Origin: Eukaryota sp. GEM-RC1
Lineage: Eukaryota
Assembly (NCBI GenBank): GCA_040285855.1
Contig: JAUFOQ010000013.1
Location: 1,736,001 to 1,800,000, forward strand
Length of the DNA: 64,000 nucleotides
Reading direction: 5' to 3'
In this document: piece by piece, positions 1-11,514 of the stretch
Layout of the letters: each line of letters begins with the position of its first letter
How positions within the stretch are numbered: position 1 is the first letter of the stretch
The notes under the pieces: generated by a model
Database searches by the model: none
What the model was told of the DNA's origin: nothing
The model's input: the letters and a program-made list of their open reading frames with translations, nothing else
Program-made: the position numbers and the translations under genes

Positions 1-44
1 CGCAATGTCAATCAGAGTATCAAAACTAGAAGTAATCAAATCAA
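1..44. repeat. 44-bp exact copy of an internal UFD2 segment (30675-30718); probably the end of a larger partial duplication running off the window
   Basis: cgcaatgtcaatcagagtatcaaaactagaagtaatcaaatcaa is identical at 1-44 and 30675-30718. Confidence 0.85.
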
Positions 45-133
45 ATGAATTTGAGAAATCTTTTAATTCTACAGTTTGTCTACAGTTTTTGTGGAAATGC
101 TCAGACTTAAAACCAGGACACATTACTCCTTGC

Positions 134-3100
134 ATGTCTAAGGAACAACGTCAAAGTCCGATTAGTCCATCGAGGCCTTATGTTCACTCTACAGGACAAC
201 CAGTTCCGGGATCTCCTCCAATGACTTTCAGTTCACCAAAAGCATCTCTAAGCAAGAGTGATTCTGGATCTCCCACGTCTGAACCGATGGCCGCTCCAGT
301 TCCAGTTCTTCCTTCCACCAAGAAGCTACGTGCAATTACTCCGTTGGAGCGTAGTGAGTCAGGACGTCTAGCCTCCCACTTTCTGCTTTCTCCAACACGT
401 AAGAAGGAAAACGTCATCGAAGGAAGTTTCATCCGACCAATGCCTGAAGAACTCAGCTCAATGAGTGTAGCTGAAATCCTTTCACTGGAGAAAGATGCTG
501 AACACTCCCCCAAAGCTCGAATGGGGCTGCTCTGGAGACTTGTTTCTGCATACATCCCTACTGATCCTGGAACCATTCTTAGACACGTTGCTTCTCACTT
601 AGAATTCTCCCTTGCACGATCCAGATTTTCCTACAACCCTGAAGCTCTGTTCTTAGCAACCGCCTACTCAGTCCGTGATCGGCTTATTCAGTTCTGGAAT
701 GATACTAGTATGTAGAACACTTCATCATTTTCACCCCAGGTCAGTTCTTTAACGCTTCTAATTGTAAACGGGCCTATTATTTATCCATTGAATTTCTCAT
801 GGGCAGACAAATGCTCAATGCTCTAGTCAATCTGGATATCCTTGCTGAGTATAGAAGTGCTCTACTTCAACTGGGTTTCCCATTAGAACGACTATGTGAA
901 GAAGAAAAAGATGCTGCTCTTGGTAATGGTGGCCTTGGTAGACTTGCCGCTTGCATGCTCGATTCAGCTGCAACTCTAGATATGCCAGTATGGGGTTATG
1001 GACTGAAGTACTCCTATGGAATGTTCAAACAAAACCTAGTTCGAGGATACCAATACGAACTTCCAGACTTCTGGTTAACTAGTGATATGGCATGGGTCAT
1101 AGAAAGAACTGATGTTCAGTATGAGGTTATGTTCTATGGTTCTGTGTCTGGTCTTGACTCTGAGAACAGAGCAACTTGGACAGGAGGACAAATCATCCTG
1201 GCATGTGCTCATGGTTTGTCACATCTTACCATCTTACTCTAGACTTCCCAATTCCTGGATTTGGTACCTATAATTGCACTAATATCAGACTCTGGTCATC
1301 CCGTCCTGCCAAAGAGTTTGATCTAGAAGCTTTCAATACTGGTGAGTACTACAAGATCGTTGAACAACGTCAAGATGCTGAGAACTTGACCAGTGTACTT
1401 TACCCTGATGACTCTTCTGAGCCTGGACGAGTGCTCCGTTTGAAGCAACAGTACTTCTTTGTTGCTGCCTCACTAGCTGACATTGTACGCAGATTCAAGA
1501 AGATGGTTGGTCCTGCCTTGAACTGGGAATGTTTCCCTGACTTGAACACTCTCCAACTCAATGATACCCATCCTGTATGATACTTGTTCTCATATCTAAC
1601 TTCAGAGTTTAGCTATTCCGGAATTGTTGCGAATTTTGATGGATGTTGAACGTCTTACTTTCAAGCAGGCATTCTCCATTGTCAAGAGATCTTACAATTA
1701 CACTTGCCATACACTCCTTCCTGAAGCCCTGGAAAAGTGGCCAATGGCTACCTTTGCTCATCTTCTCCCACGTCATTTGCAATTGATTCTCCTAATCAAC
1801 CATCATCACTTGGAACACTGTCGTAAAACACTTGGAGCAGATCATCCTGCCATCTCAGAGCTTTCTCTTATTGAAGAAGATCCTTCCAAAATGATTCGAA
1901 TGGCTAACTTGTGTGTTATTGGTTCAACTCATGTCAATGGGGTTGCGCGTATGCATGGAGCTCTCATGAAGAAACATGTTTTCAAGAACTTCACCCTCCT
2001 CAATCCTGATCAGTTCATGTACATCACCAATGGCTTCACCCAACGAAGATGGTTGTTACAATGTAATCCTAATCTAGCTCAAGTCATTTCTGATTGTCTT
2101 GGAAGTGATAGGTGGATGATTAAACTTGAGGATCTTGATCAACTCAGACAATTCGCTGATGAACCCGACTTACACGATCTTTGGTCTCATGCTAAATTCA
2201 AAGCCAAAAAGAGATTTGCTGACTGGGTTTCACGTGATCTCGGAATCGATATTGACCCTAATCGCTTCATGTTTGATGTGATGGTTAAAAGAATCCATGA
2301 GTACAAACGCCAGTTAATGAATGTACTATCAGTAATTTGCTATTACCTTCAACTTCGTTCAATGAATGAGAAAGAGAAGCAACAGATCACTCCCAGAGCT
2401 GTGTTCATTGGAGGCAAGGCTGCACCTGGGTATCACAGAGCTAAAGTCTGTATTAAGTTGATAACCTCAGTAGCTGATGTTATTAATAAGGATGCGAGGA
2501 CAAAGAACTTTTTAAAGTTGGTCTTTGTTCCAAACTACTGTGTGTCAGTAGCCGAACTGATTATACCGGCTGCTGACGTCTCTCAGCATATCTCTACTGC
2601 TGGTACTGAAGCATCAGGTACAAGCAACATGAAGTTCTGCCTCAATGGGGCTATCTTGCTGGGAACTAGAGATGGAGCTTCTGTTGAGATTTCTGAAGAA
2701 ATCGGAGAAGACAACATATTCTTCTTTGGAATGACATCTGATGAAGTGGAAGAAGCTAGAGAACGAGTTGCTGCTGGTAAGCCTGAAGTCATTGATGAGA
2801 GACTCCAACGCGCTGTTGCTGCTATTCAATCCAATACTTTCGGCCCTTATGAAATCTTTAAAGATGTTATTGAAGATGTTAAGGCTGGAACTGACTTTTA
2901 CTGTGTTGCTGGTGATTTTGGTGCTTATGTAGATGCCAGAGCACAAGTGTCTGCTGCATATAAGGACAAAAGGTCGTGGCTTAGAAAGAGTATCCTTACT
3001 TGTGCTGGAATGTCGAAATTCTCTAGTGACCGAATGTTGGCAGATTATTGTGAGAAAATTTGGAATATTAAACCATGTCGACTTCCTGATCCTGTTTATT

Positions 3101-3237
3101 CTGAGAATTCCAGGTTAATGGTGTCTTCTGCTGTTCCTAAAGAAATCAAGGCCTTGGTATCTCCGTCTTTGCTTGAAAAACATACTGAGGCGATTCCTCC
3201 ATATGTGAAGTCACAAGAAGGAGTAGGTATTCAATAG
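134..3237 (+). CDS. glgP: Glycogen/starch phosphorylase (GT35), 4 exons (134-707, 740-1213, 1243-1574, 1606-3237), ~1003 aa with a Ser/Pro-rich N-terminal extension
   Basis: Motifs YYLSIEFLMGR, ALGNGGLGRLAAC, RLKQQYFFV, QLNDTHP, KRIHEYKRQ, GKAAPGY and the PLP-lysine motif EASGTSNMKF. Removing introns 708-739, 1214-1242 and 1575-1605 joins the four ORFs in frame. The start at ATG 134 is inferred. Confidence 0.96.
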
Positions 3238-3701
3238 ATTTGTTTGAATGTTATGGTTGTTTTAGATAAAGATATGTTTTAGTAAAGTGGATTCTCACCA
3301 AATAATTCACACATCCATCATATTTCATAGCTTTTTCTTCTTCAAAAGTTAAGTTTCACTTAGATGTATTATACACAATCTTATGATACAATGTGTAGTG
3401 TCAAACTGTTGAAGCTCACAGTTTTATCGCTTCGGATCTTCACTGACTTGATTATCTTAGAAATGGTGATATAATTAAAAATTCATTGATAAACGAATTA
3501 CTAGGTACTGCAAAGCATAGTACTACTTACTAATTGAAGTAAGGGATAACAAACTAGATATATGTTAGGTACAACCTGAAACTCGTGAGATCGTTGCTCA
3601 CAAGTCATTTGAATGACAGTTGTTTGTCTTCTTAGTAATTTCTGTATATTTTGTATAACTGTAGGTAAAATCAAATATGTGTAGCACGATTTATTCATTG
3701 T

Positions 3702-4429
3702 TTACATCTCTTCATCATAAACCTTCTTCAAATCAAAGCAAGGTTCGTCAGTTCTATGACAAACCATGGGATCTTGCCAGAACTTGCAGTAACTACAGGG
3801 AGGACATTTAGTCTTGGGTAACAATTTGATGCACCATTTGGGAAGTTGAAGAACAAGCTTTTGGTCAAAGAGAGACTTGGGCACAGCTTCAATGAGGTCA
3901 AGCTTCATTTCAAGTTGTTCAGTGTCCTTATCCTTCATGCTAATGATACCACTGAATCTTCTCCAGCGGAAGAAATGCCAGACAGTTAGGATGACGTTGT
4001 CGTTCTTGTCAATGACACCAACAACATTCCACCTATAACCTTGCATCCACATAACACCGCGAACGTTGCCCTTTCCATCATGATGAAGCTCGGCAGAAAC
4101 TGGCCATTTAGCAATAACCTTTTCAGTTTTGGGAGCAAAGTGATACTTGAATCCTCTCCAGTCACCGTTACCTTCCAAAACATCAAAGCGACGATCAGAC
4201 CAAGGATAACGAGGGCAAATGGGACGTCCATCACAAGGAATATCTAATCCTTGACAAACGGGAATGTCAAGCCAATGTTTGCAGTAAGATTCAGGATCGA
4301 ACTTTTGACAGAATTCGTCACCGTTGACAGGAGGTTCGGGTTCGTGGTGATGGGCAAATGCCACCAAGACAATCGCAGAGCTAATGTTAGAATTCGAAGT
4401 GCAACTTACAGTATCAGAAGGACTTTCAT
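3702..4429 (-). CDS. Secreted Cys-rich protein, copy 1 (232 aa, ends DEEM); intron 4381-4409
   Basis: ATG 4429 plus a 29-nt GTAAGT..CTAACATTAG intron gives signal peptide MKVLLILSAIVLVAFA in frame with the 221-aa ORF. Confidence 0.88.
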
Positions 4430-4753
4430 CTCAAAGAAGTCAAGATTATTAGAGAAGCGGTAAGAATCTGCTGTTAAAGGGTTACTGTAGACTAGCTGTA
4501 AGTGATTTTACAGCTCTACAATGCATTTTTGTCGATTCAAATTGTGCTATTTCAATTTCTACTCTGGAACTGTGCTCAGTATTGAAACAGTCTCATAGTG
4601 ATAAAGCGAATAGAATCACATCCCAAAACAACATGAAATCCACTGTAAACGGCATGTTGAAGCACTAACGATGAAACCTACAATTATTCTTACAAAATAG
4701 CATGTAACCAAATTTACATAGACATAACAGCTCAAACACGATTTATTCATTGT

Positions 4754-5481
4754 TTACAACTCTTCATCATAAACCTTCTTCAAATCAAAGCAAGGTTCGT
4801 CAGTTCTATGACAAACCATGGGATCTTGCCAGAACTTGCAGTAACTACAGGGAGGACATTTAGTCTTGGGTAACAATTTGATGCACCATTTGGGAAGTTG
4901 AAGAACAAGCTTTTGGTCAAAGAGAGACTTGGGCACAGCTTCAATGAGGTCAAGCTTCATTTCAAGTTGTTCAGTGTCCTTATCCTTCATGCTAATGATA
5001 CCACTGAATCTTCTCCAGCGGAAGAAATGCCAGACAGTTAGGATGACGTTGTCGTTCTTGTCAATGACACCAACAACATTCCATCTATAACCTTGCATCC
5101 ACATAACACCGCGAACGTTGCCCTTTCCATCATGATGAAGCTCGGCAGAAACTGGCCATTTAGCAATAACCTTTTCAGTTTTGGGAGCAAAGTGATACTT
5201 GAATCCTCTCCAGTCACCGTTTCCTTCCAAAACATCAAAGCGACGATCAGACCAAGGATATCGAGGGCAAATGGGACGTCCATCACAAGGAATATCTAAT
5301 CCTTGACAAACGGGAATGTGAAGCCAATGTTTGCAGTAAGATTCAGGATCGAACTTTTGACAGAATTCGTCACCGTTGACAGGAGGTTCGGGTTCGTGGT
5401 GATGGGCAAATGCCACCAAGACAATCGCAGAGCTAATGTTAGAATTCGAAGTTCAACTTACAGTATCAGAAGGACTTTCAT
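4754..5481 (-). CDS. Secreted Cys-rich protein, copy 2 (ends DEEL); intron 5433-5461
   Basis: Same exon/intron structure as copy 1. Confidence 0.88.
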
Positions 5482-5813
5482 CTCAAAGAAGTCAAGATTA
5501 TTAGAAAAACGGTAAGAATCTGCTGTTAAAGGGTAACTGTAGACTAGCTGTAAGTTATTTTACAGCTCTACAATGCATTTTTGTCGATTCAAATTGTGCA
5601 ATTTCAATTTCTACTCTGGAACTGTGCTCAGTATTGAAACAGTCTCATAGTGATAAAGCGAACAGAATCACATCCCAAACAACAAGAAATCCACAGTAAA
5701 CGGCATTTTGAAACACTAACGTTGAAACCTACAAATATTCTTACAAAATAGCATGTAACCAAATTAACATAAACATAACAGCTCAAACACGATTTATTCA
5801 TTGTTTACATCTC

Positions 5814-6532
5814 TTAATCATAAACCTTCTTCAAATCAAAGCAAGGTTCGTCAGTTCTATGACAAACCATGGGATCTTGCCAGAACTTGCAGTAACTACA
5901 GGGAGGACATTTAGTCTTGGGTAACAATTTGATACACCATTTGGGAAGTTGAAGAACAAGCTTTTGGTCAAAGAGAGACTTGGGCACAGCTTCAATGAGG
6001 TCAAGCTTCATTTCAAGTTGTTCAGTGTCCTTATCCTTCATGCTAATGATACCACTGAATCTTCTCCAGCGGAAGAAATGCCAGACAGTTAGGATGACGT
6101 TGTCGTTCTTGTCAATGACACCAACAACATTCCACCTATAACCTTGCATCCACATAACACCGCGAACGTTGCCCTTTCCATCATGATGAAGCTCGGCAGA
6201 AACTGGCCATTTAGCAATAACCTTTTCAGTTTTGGGAGCAAAGTGATACTTGAATCCTCTCCAGTCACCGTTACCTTCCAAAACATCAAAGCGACGATCA
6301 GACCAAGGATAACGAGGGCAAATGGGACGTCCATCACAAGGAATATCTAATCCTTGACAAACGGGAATGTCAAGCCAATGTTTGCAGTAAGATTCAGGAT
6401 CGAACTTTTGACAGAATTCGTCACCGTTGACAGGAGGTTCGGGTTCGTGGTGATGGGCAAATGCCACCAAGACAATCGCAGAGCTAATGTTAGAATTCGA
6501 AGTGCAACTTACAGTATCAGAAGGACTTTCAT
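5814..6532 (-). CDS. Secreted Cys-rich protein, copy 3 (last 3 aa lost to GAA>TAA); intron 6484-6512
   Basis: Same structure; + strand reads ctcttaatca here versus ctcttcatca in the other copies. Confidence 0.82.
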
Positions 6533-6856
6533 CTCAAAGAAGTCAAGATTATTAGAGAAGCGGTAAGAATCTGCTGTTAAAGGGTTACTGTAGACTAGCT
6601 GTAAGTGATTTTACAGCTCTACAATGCATTTTTGTCGATTCAAATTGTGCTATTTCGATTTCTACTCTGGAACTGTGCTCAGTATTGAAACAGTCTCATA
6701 GTGATAAAGCGAATAGAATCACATCCCAAAACAACATGAAATCCACTGTAAACGGCATGTTGAAGCACTAACGATGAAACCTACAATTATTCTTACAAAA
6801 TAGCATGTAACCAAATTTACATAGACATAACAGCTCAAACACGATTTATTCATTGT

Positions 6857-7584
6857 TTACAACTCTTCATCATAAACCTTCTTCAAATCAAAGCAAGGTT
6901 CGTCAGTTCTATGACAAACCATGGGATCTTGCCAGAACTTGCAGTAACTACAGGGAGGACATTTAGTCTTGGGTAACAATTTGATGCACCATTTGGGAAG
7001 TTGAAGAACAAGCTTTTGGTCAAAGAGAGACTTGGGCACAGCTTCAATGAGGTCAAGCTTCATTTCAAGTTGTTCAGTGTCCTTATCCTTCATGCTAATG
7101 ATACCACTGAATCTTCTCCAGCGGAAGAAATGCCAGACAGTTAGGATGACGTTGTCGTTCTTGTCAATGACACCAACAACATTCCATCTATAACCTTGCA
7201 TCCACATAACACCGCGAACGTTGCCCTTTCCATCATGATGAAGCTCGGCAGAAACTGGCCATTTAGCAATAACCTTTTCAGTTTTGGGAGCAAAGTGATA
7301 CTTGAATCCTCTCCAGTCACCGTTTCCTTCCAAAACATCAAAGCGACGATCAGACCAAGGATATCGAGGGCAAATGGGACGTCCATCACAAGGAATATCT
7401 AATCCTTGACAAACGGGAATGTGAAGCCAATGTTTGCAGTAAGATTCAGGATCGAACTTTTGACAGAATTCGTCACCGTTGACAGGAGGTTCGGGTTCGT
7501 GGTGATGGGCAAATGCCACCAAGACAATCGCAGAGCTAATGTTAGAATTCGATGTTCAACTTACAGTATCAGAAGGACTTTCAT
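6857..7584 (-). CDS. Secreted Cys-rich protein, copy 4 (ends DEEL); intron 7536-7564
   Basis: Same structure as copy 2. Confidence 0.88.
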
Positions 7585-7907
7585 CTCAAAGAAGTCAAGA
7601 TTATTAGAGAAACGGTAAGAATCTGCTGTTAAAGGGTAACTGTAGACTAGCTGTAAGTTATTTTACAGCTCTACAATGCATTTTTGTCGATTCAAATTGT
7701 GCAATTTCAATTTCTACTCTGGAACTGTGCTCAGTATTGAAACAGTCTCATAGTGATAAAGCGAACAGAATCACATCCCAAACAACAAGAAATCCACAGT
7801 AAACGGCATTTTGAAACACTAACGTTGAAACCTACAATTATTCTTACAAAATAGCATGTAACCAAATTAACATAAACATAACAGCTCAAACACGATTTAT
7901 TCATTGT

Positions 7908-8635
7908 TTACATCTCTTCATCATAAACCTTCTTCAAATCAAAGCAAGGTTCGTCAGTTCTATGACAAACCATGGGATCTTGCCAGAACTTGCAGTAACT
8001 ACAGGGAGGACATTTAGTCTTGGGTAACAATTTGATGCACCATTTGGGAAGTTGAAGAACAAGCTTTTGGTCAAAGAGAGACTTGGGCACAGCTTCAATG
8101 AGGTCAAGCTTCATTTCAAGTTGTTCAGTGTCCTTATCCTTCATGCTAATGATACCACTGAATCTTCTCCAGCGGAAGAAATGCCAGACAGTTAGGATGA
8201 CGTTGTCGTTCTTGTCAATGACACCAACAACATTCCACCTATAACCTTGCATCCACATAACACCGCGAATGTTACCCTTTCCATCATGATGAAGTTCGGC
8301 AGAAACTGGCCATTTAGCAATAACCTTTTCAGTTTTGGGAGCAAAGTGATACTTGAATCCTCTCCAGTCACCGTTACCTTCCAAAACATCAAAGCGACGA
8401 TCAGACCAAGGATAACGAGGACAAATGGGACGTCCATCACAAGGAATATCTAATCCTTGACAAACGGGAATGTGAAGCCAGTGTTTGCAGTAAGATTCAG
8501 GATCGAACTTTTGACAGAATTCGTCACCGTTGACAGGAGGTTCGGGTTCGTGGTGATGGGCAAATGCCACCAAGACAATCGCAGAGCTAATGTTAGAATT
8601 CGAAGTTCAACTTACAGTATCAGAAGGACTTTCAT
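7908..8635 (-). CDS. Secreted Cys-rich protein, copy 5 (ends DEEM; carries several private variants); intron 8587-8615
   Basis: Same structure; private substitutions such as GNIRG versus GNVRG. Confidence 0.88.
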
Positions 8636-8934
8636 CTCAAAGAAGTGAAGATTATTGGAGAAGTGGTAAGAATCTGTTAAAGGGTTACTGTAGACACACT
8701 GTAAAGCTCAAATTAAGAATCCGTTGATATGGGGTCAAAAGACCTCAAAAACAGATGTTTTTGAACGAAAACAACCATCCGAATGACGATGGCAACAAAA
8801 TTAGTGAACATTACTCAAGATCGTCTACAACTGGGATGATATCACCATCTTGAAAACAATTTCGTGAAAATTTGAACTGTGATTTTCTGAGAGTCTGGTA
8901 ATTGATTTAAGAGAAGAATCATCTACAGTAGTAT

Positions 8935-9108
8935 CAGTGATGTACAAAAAATAGCGTACCGTACACTATTTGCCGTACACTACCGTAAAATACGGTACGG
9001 TACCATACTCGGTATCCGTAAAATACGGTAACTTTAAAAATACGGAAACTATTTACGGCACACTTGAAAAGTTACCGTATTTACGGCTACTATTTTTACA
9101 CATCACTG
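8935..9108. mobile_element. 174-bp hAT-like MITE
   Basis: Ends CAGTGATGT..AAAAATAG and CTATTTTT..ACATCACTG are inverted. The 8-bp flanks agtagtat/agcattat match at 6/8. The interior is packed with (A)CCGTA/TACGG(T) motifs. Confidence 0.7.
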
Positions 9109-9532
9109 AGCATTATATGTAAAAAATAAAATAAAAAAAGTAAGTCAATTTTGTGTGATTTAAATAGGATCTTTGACATTTTTCATTTTGAAAAAAAGCG
9201 ACTGTGTACTATTTGCTAAAGTTATTAATGCTCCCCATCAAGAACATTCCTAGTAACTGTATTCGATACCCAAAAAGCAAACCGTCCTAGAAAAATATGA
9301 ATTTGTCAAAACAAACAAGTACTATTTCACCGTTAACCTTCAGACCAAACGTGTAAAGTTTCTCAACTAACCGACAGAACAAGAAAAGCACATTCCTATA
9401 TATGAAAAGCACATACGGTTTTTCTATTCGGACATTCTAAGCTTACTATTCTTTCCTTTCCACATTTCTTCAAAATCTTGGAAAAGTGGTTCACCGAATA
9501 ATGTAATAACTGATATTGTTTTTTACAATCTT

Positions 9533-10121
9533 TTGGTCGTTTATAAACTGTTGTCAGATCAAAAGTTGAATTGCAGTATTACCGTCACGCCTCATTTTGT
9601 TGACGTTTCCATAGGTTCTATTCATTATGAAAATGAGATCGAAATCAATCAATTACTTTCTCTTTTGAAAGTGTCAAAATCAAATGTTCCAATCAAACGT
9701 TTTTTTTTGCCGTGGATTGATCAATTCAAATATCACTTTCCAAACAATGATTGGTCTTTTTGAACTTTTTTCCATTAACAAAGCTCTGTTAGATGTTGAT
9801 TTATCTCCCATAAACATTGAAGAAGGTGTGCTCAGTTTTTGCCCAAATACTATTACCGACCTTTCAATTGAAGAAGTGTCATCACTACGACCTTTTTTTG
9901 AGTCTAACAGTATTAAAAAACTGACTCTTAAAGGATGTCGTTTTAGTGAGCAATCAATCACTGTTTTGTGTGATTTAATCAGGGTCAATCAATCATTGAG
10001 CTCTATTAGTTTGACTCATTGTGGTCTTTCTAATAACAATCTTTTGTCTCTCTGTCAAGTTCTACAGTGTTCAAAACTAGCAAATTTGAATTTTAGTAAT
10101 AATTTTACTGGTAAAAGCTAG
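9533..10121 (+). pseudogene. Fragment of an RNI-like leucine-rich-repeat protein, frameshifted and truncated by a retroelement fragment
   Basis: SIKKLTLKGCRFS, SLSSISLTHCGLS and KLANLNFSNNFTG are LRR units, split across two ORFs. Confidence 0.65.
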
Positions 10122-10800
10122 AACTTCAAAAATCGTATTAGTTTGGCTCAAACTGAGAGTCCCGCTTTTTGTGCTTTTATGAAAGATATTTCTAGTGATG
10201 AAGCTTCTACTTTGATTACTCGATATCCTCAAAGATATAGTTTCAACTAAAAAGAACTTGAATGGCTTATCAACATTCGTTTTAGGTTAGGTTTATGGCC
10301 TTTTGGTCTTCTTCAAAAATCTACTTGTGTGTGTGGTTCTTCTTTAGCCTCTTTCCATCATATGGTCAACCGTCATAAGTTTATTCATTTAGGATCAATT
10401 AATGACAGCAGTTTACGTGATCAATGTTTAGAATTGTGAAAAAATTGGTTTTCATGGGAAAATCGAACCAGTTTTAAATACTTTGTCTGACTCAATTATG
10501 AAAGATAAGAGTAGAGGATATTTGATTGGTCCTTGGTTGTCCTCTCAAGAAATAATTATGGACTTTACTACAGCTCATTCTTGTAACTCAACCTCTGTTA
10601 ACAAAATTATAGACGAAAATTATTCAGCTCTTGAAACTGTGGAAAGGAAAAAATTAAATCGTTATGGCGAATTAATTTCCAAGAGGAATTCTCGTCGACA
10701 CAATCCTGTTGTTTTCCATCATTTTGCTATTTCTCTTTACGGAACGTTTGGCTTTTTCGGAAAAAAATTTCTCCCGTCTTTCGGCAAATTGTGTAGGCAG
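10115..10800 (+). mobile_element. Degenerate C-terminal (Zn-knuckle/RLE) fragment of a CRE-like non-LTR retrotransposon
   Basis: Translates to NIRFRLGLW..CVCG..H..; SRGYLIGP..IMDFTT..ERKK..Y..FAISLYGTFG, collinear with the ORF at 42072-42782. Confidence 0.72.
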
Positions 10801-11514
10801 TTAGTATATTACATTTGTAAACATTATAAAACAAAAAACAAAAAATGTAATACAGTCAAAACTGTTGATAGCGTGAAACTCTAAGTACAAAAAAAAAATC
10901 AAAATCTGTGATGTTTACAGGAACGTTTGAGGAGTAATTCTGCAGAAGGAATAAAATACAAGCTGTAGTAAGTCCTGGGTTGTAGCATCTTGTTGCTCAA
11001 TTAGAGAAGAGTAAAGCACCTCAGATTTCTTTTAAGTAAATGTGATGTAGAAGAATAAATATTGTTGTTATTGTGAAAGATCAACAATAAATTATTGCTG
11101 CTTATTGTATTGCAATTATTGACCTCAACAATGATTTTTTCAGAATCCCTGTGGTATACAGCCACTAGATCCTCTAAGTGACTAACACTCCCTTTTTGGA
11201 TCAAATGCAAAACAAATTCTAACCCCCTTTTATTGTTTCGAAAGAAAATGAAGCGTAGAACTCGTACCATTAATTACAATGTTCGGACCAAATGTGGAGT
11301 ACATATTCCAAACCCTTGAAAAATGAAATGGAACCGCTGTTTCCATTTGGAAAACCGTTAAGAACGATGGAGAGTGGAGACGTGATCGCACACGTCATGG
11401 AGTGCAAGAGGAAATTATTCGCACTCGGTAACTCAACTTTTCACTTTTTTAAAATATTTGGCAAAATATTTGGTCCTGTACAGTGACCAAAGAACTCAAA
11501 AAAGTCGACATTTT

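Larger units (their letters stand above)
3685..8695. repeat. Tandem array of five ~1051-1052 bp units, each carrying one secreted-protein gene
   Basis: Near-identical units recur at offsets of 1052, 1051, 1052 and 1051 bp. Confidence 0.97.

Noticed and set aside
5..133. N-terminal part of ORF 5..715 as the true phosphorylase start
   Set aside because: Its first 40 nt are antisense UFD2 duplicate sequence.
3235..3237. Alternative genetic code (TAA/TAG read as Gln)
   Set aside because: Conserved genes end at the expected place on TAG (glgP, SEM1), TAA (GRP94) and TGA (UFD2, NHE).
3986..8648. Short overlapping ORFs repeated in each array unit (82, 68 and 70 aa)
   Set aside because: They are shadow or antisense frames, conserved only because the DNA unit is repeated.
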